From positions 7,604,763-7,668,762 of the forward strand of contig NC_068999.1 in assembly GCF_001194135.2 (NCBI RefSeq): a stretch of DNA of 64,000 bases, in the 5' to 3' direction. This DNA comes from Octopus bimaculoides. Taxonomy: Eukaryota. Below the pieces are notes generated by a model. It was not told the origin of the DNA. It saw nothing but the letters and a program-made list of their open reading frames with translations, and made no database searches. Each line of letters starts with the position of its first letter. Position 1 is the stretch's first letter. Shown here piece by piece: positions 62,231-64,000 of the stretch. The translations under genes and the position numbers were made by a program.

Positions 62231-63050
62231 TCGTTTCAAACTTTGGCTAAAGGCCAGCAGTTTCAAGAGAAATGGTAAGTCGATTATTTCGACCCCAGTA
62301 TTCGACTGGTACTTATTGTGTCGAAGTCGAAATAATGAAAGGCAAGGTCGGTTTCGGCGGAATTTGAACTCAATGTAAAAATGGAAGGAATACCTTTAAG
62401 CATTTTGTTTGACACGTTCACATTTCTGCCAGCTCTGCTTTGATCTTCAAAGATAATATTGGTTTCTAATTTCGGGCGTCATGCTGGTAGAATCGTCTGC
62501 ATGTCGGATAAAATTCTTCGCAGCATTTAATCCGGCTTTATGTTCTGAGTTAAAATTCCGCGATGGTCGATTTCGTCTTTCATGCTTTCGGGACCAATGA
62601 AATAGTTACTGGTTGATCGCTGGACACGATGTAATCGAATATATTCGTCTTCTTTGAAATTTCAGGGCTGGTGTCTATAGCAGAAAGGAATATTGGTTTC
62701 TGATTCAGATCCATGGCTAGCAATTTTGAGGGAAGATAATTACGTGATACTAGAAAAAGCAGCACTCGACAAATATATTATTTTATCGAACTTGGAAAGA
62801 TGAAAATAAAAGTCTCCCTAAATAGTATTTGAACTCAGAACGTAAAAATACCTTGCAAAAGTCGCATATCACATGTCCCTATCATCTGGGGAAGGGATTA
62901 ATCGATATAATCAACTCTAATATATGAGGGGTACTTTATTTTATCGAATTCGGATAGATGAAAGGCAACGTTGATCTTAGAAGTATTTGTTCTCAGAATA
63001 TTACAAGCCGGAGTAAATAACGCAAGGAATTTTTTTTCTGGTGGTCTCTG
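62231..63050. mobile_element. Cluster of four SINE family B copies in mixed orientation
   Basis: Copies at about 62231-62440 (-), 62472-62688 (+, with 17-bp TSD at 62455 and 62689), 62770-62850 (-) and 62890-63050 (-). Confidence 0.8.
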
Positions 63051-63382
63051 ATTCTAGTGAACGGTCAGCAATTTTGGTACGAACCAGAACTATACTCACA
63101 GTGTGACCAGTGTGATACGACTCTTTATCTGTAATACATGTAATACATCGTATCGAATAGATAAACGCTTGCTAAAAGAGAACGGCAACATTGGGAATAC
63201 ACACACACACACACACACACTCATAAAGATTTTTGTTTTCTATTCTTGTCTATTTCGATAATATCTTCTTTACTAGTCTTGTTTTTCTTTTAATGTTTGC
63301 TGATCGTACTTCAAATTATATCTTAAGGTGATAGAAAGTTCCTTTAAAGGTTTGTTGTTGTAGTTCGTAATATCATTGATGC

Positions 63383-63452
<70 letters not shown>

Positions 63453-64000
63453 ATTATCATTATTATATTTTTATTATTATTATTGTTGTTTTATTAGTTG
63501 TTGTTACTGCTGTTCTTGTTATTACTATTATCGTTGCTCTCGTCTTCGCCATCGTCGTCGTCGTCGTCATCCTCCTCATCATCATCATCTTCTGCAGATA
63601 TTCGTGATTCTCATATACTGTGAGATGTACTAATTCTCCTACAAAACCACAATTGTCTGATATATATTTGTATATATACTTACAATTACCTGCGTATATA
63701 AACACACATGCACCAACAGGCCCAAACACTCCCACGTGTTTGTATATATATATATATATATANNNNNNNNNNTGTGTTTGTGTGTATGTGTGTGTATCTG
63801 TTTTTCAAAGAATATATCAATATGCAGACATCTGTAAAAGGTTCTATGAAAATAAAGTAGCTGACGATAGATGTATGATTTAATATTGTGTTTTGTAGTG
63901 TAACTTAATAAAAGCAATTCAGAAAATATATGTATATATATATACATATATAAACACACACACATATATATGTAAATATGTATATACGTGTAAATATATA

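Overview
AT-rich, repeat-dense eukaryotic genomic DNA with many N-gaps that mostly open and close in (TA)n tracts, typical of a short-read assembly. The SINE families, microsatellite load and TE mix resemble octopus (coleoid cephalopod) DNA; this is inference from pattern recognition, not a database match. Most long ORFs in the track are microsatellite or N-run artefacts. Supportable content: (1) dozens of tRNA-derived SINE copies from about four families; (2) decayed retroelement fragments: Penelope-like GIY-YIG, R4/Dong-like REL, RTE and CR1-like; (3) Tc1 and mariner remnants; (4) a probable 375-bp minus-strand coding exon (4524-4898) and a tentative chain of short, phase-compatible minus-strand exons from about 60.2 kb to 9.1 kb, product unidentified. 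The most notable signal is a set of minimal type I hammerhead-ribozyme motifs: two nearly intact (52593-52635 +, 7275-7331 -) and several decayed. Almost all have a different palindromic helix III, the dimer-type architecture known from Penelope-like elements and retrozymes. That class is already described, so any novelty would lie in these particular families and their activity. No CRISPR array, rRNA or intact tRNA gene was seen. TE and SINE boundaries are read by eye and approximate.
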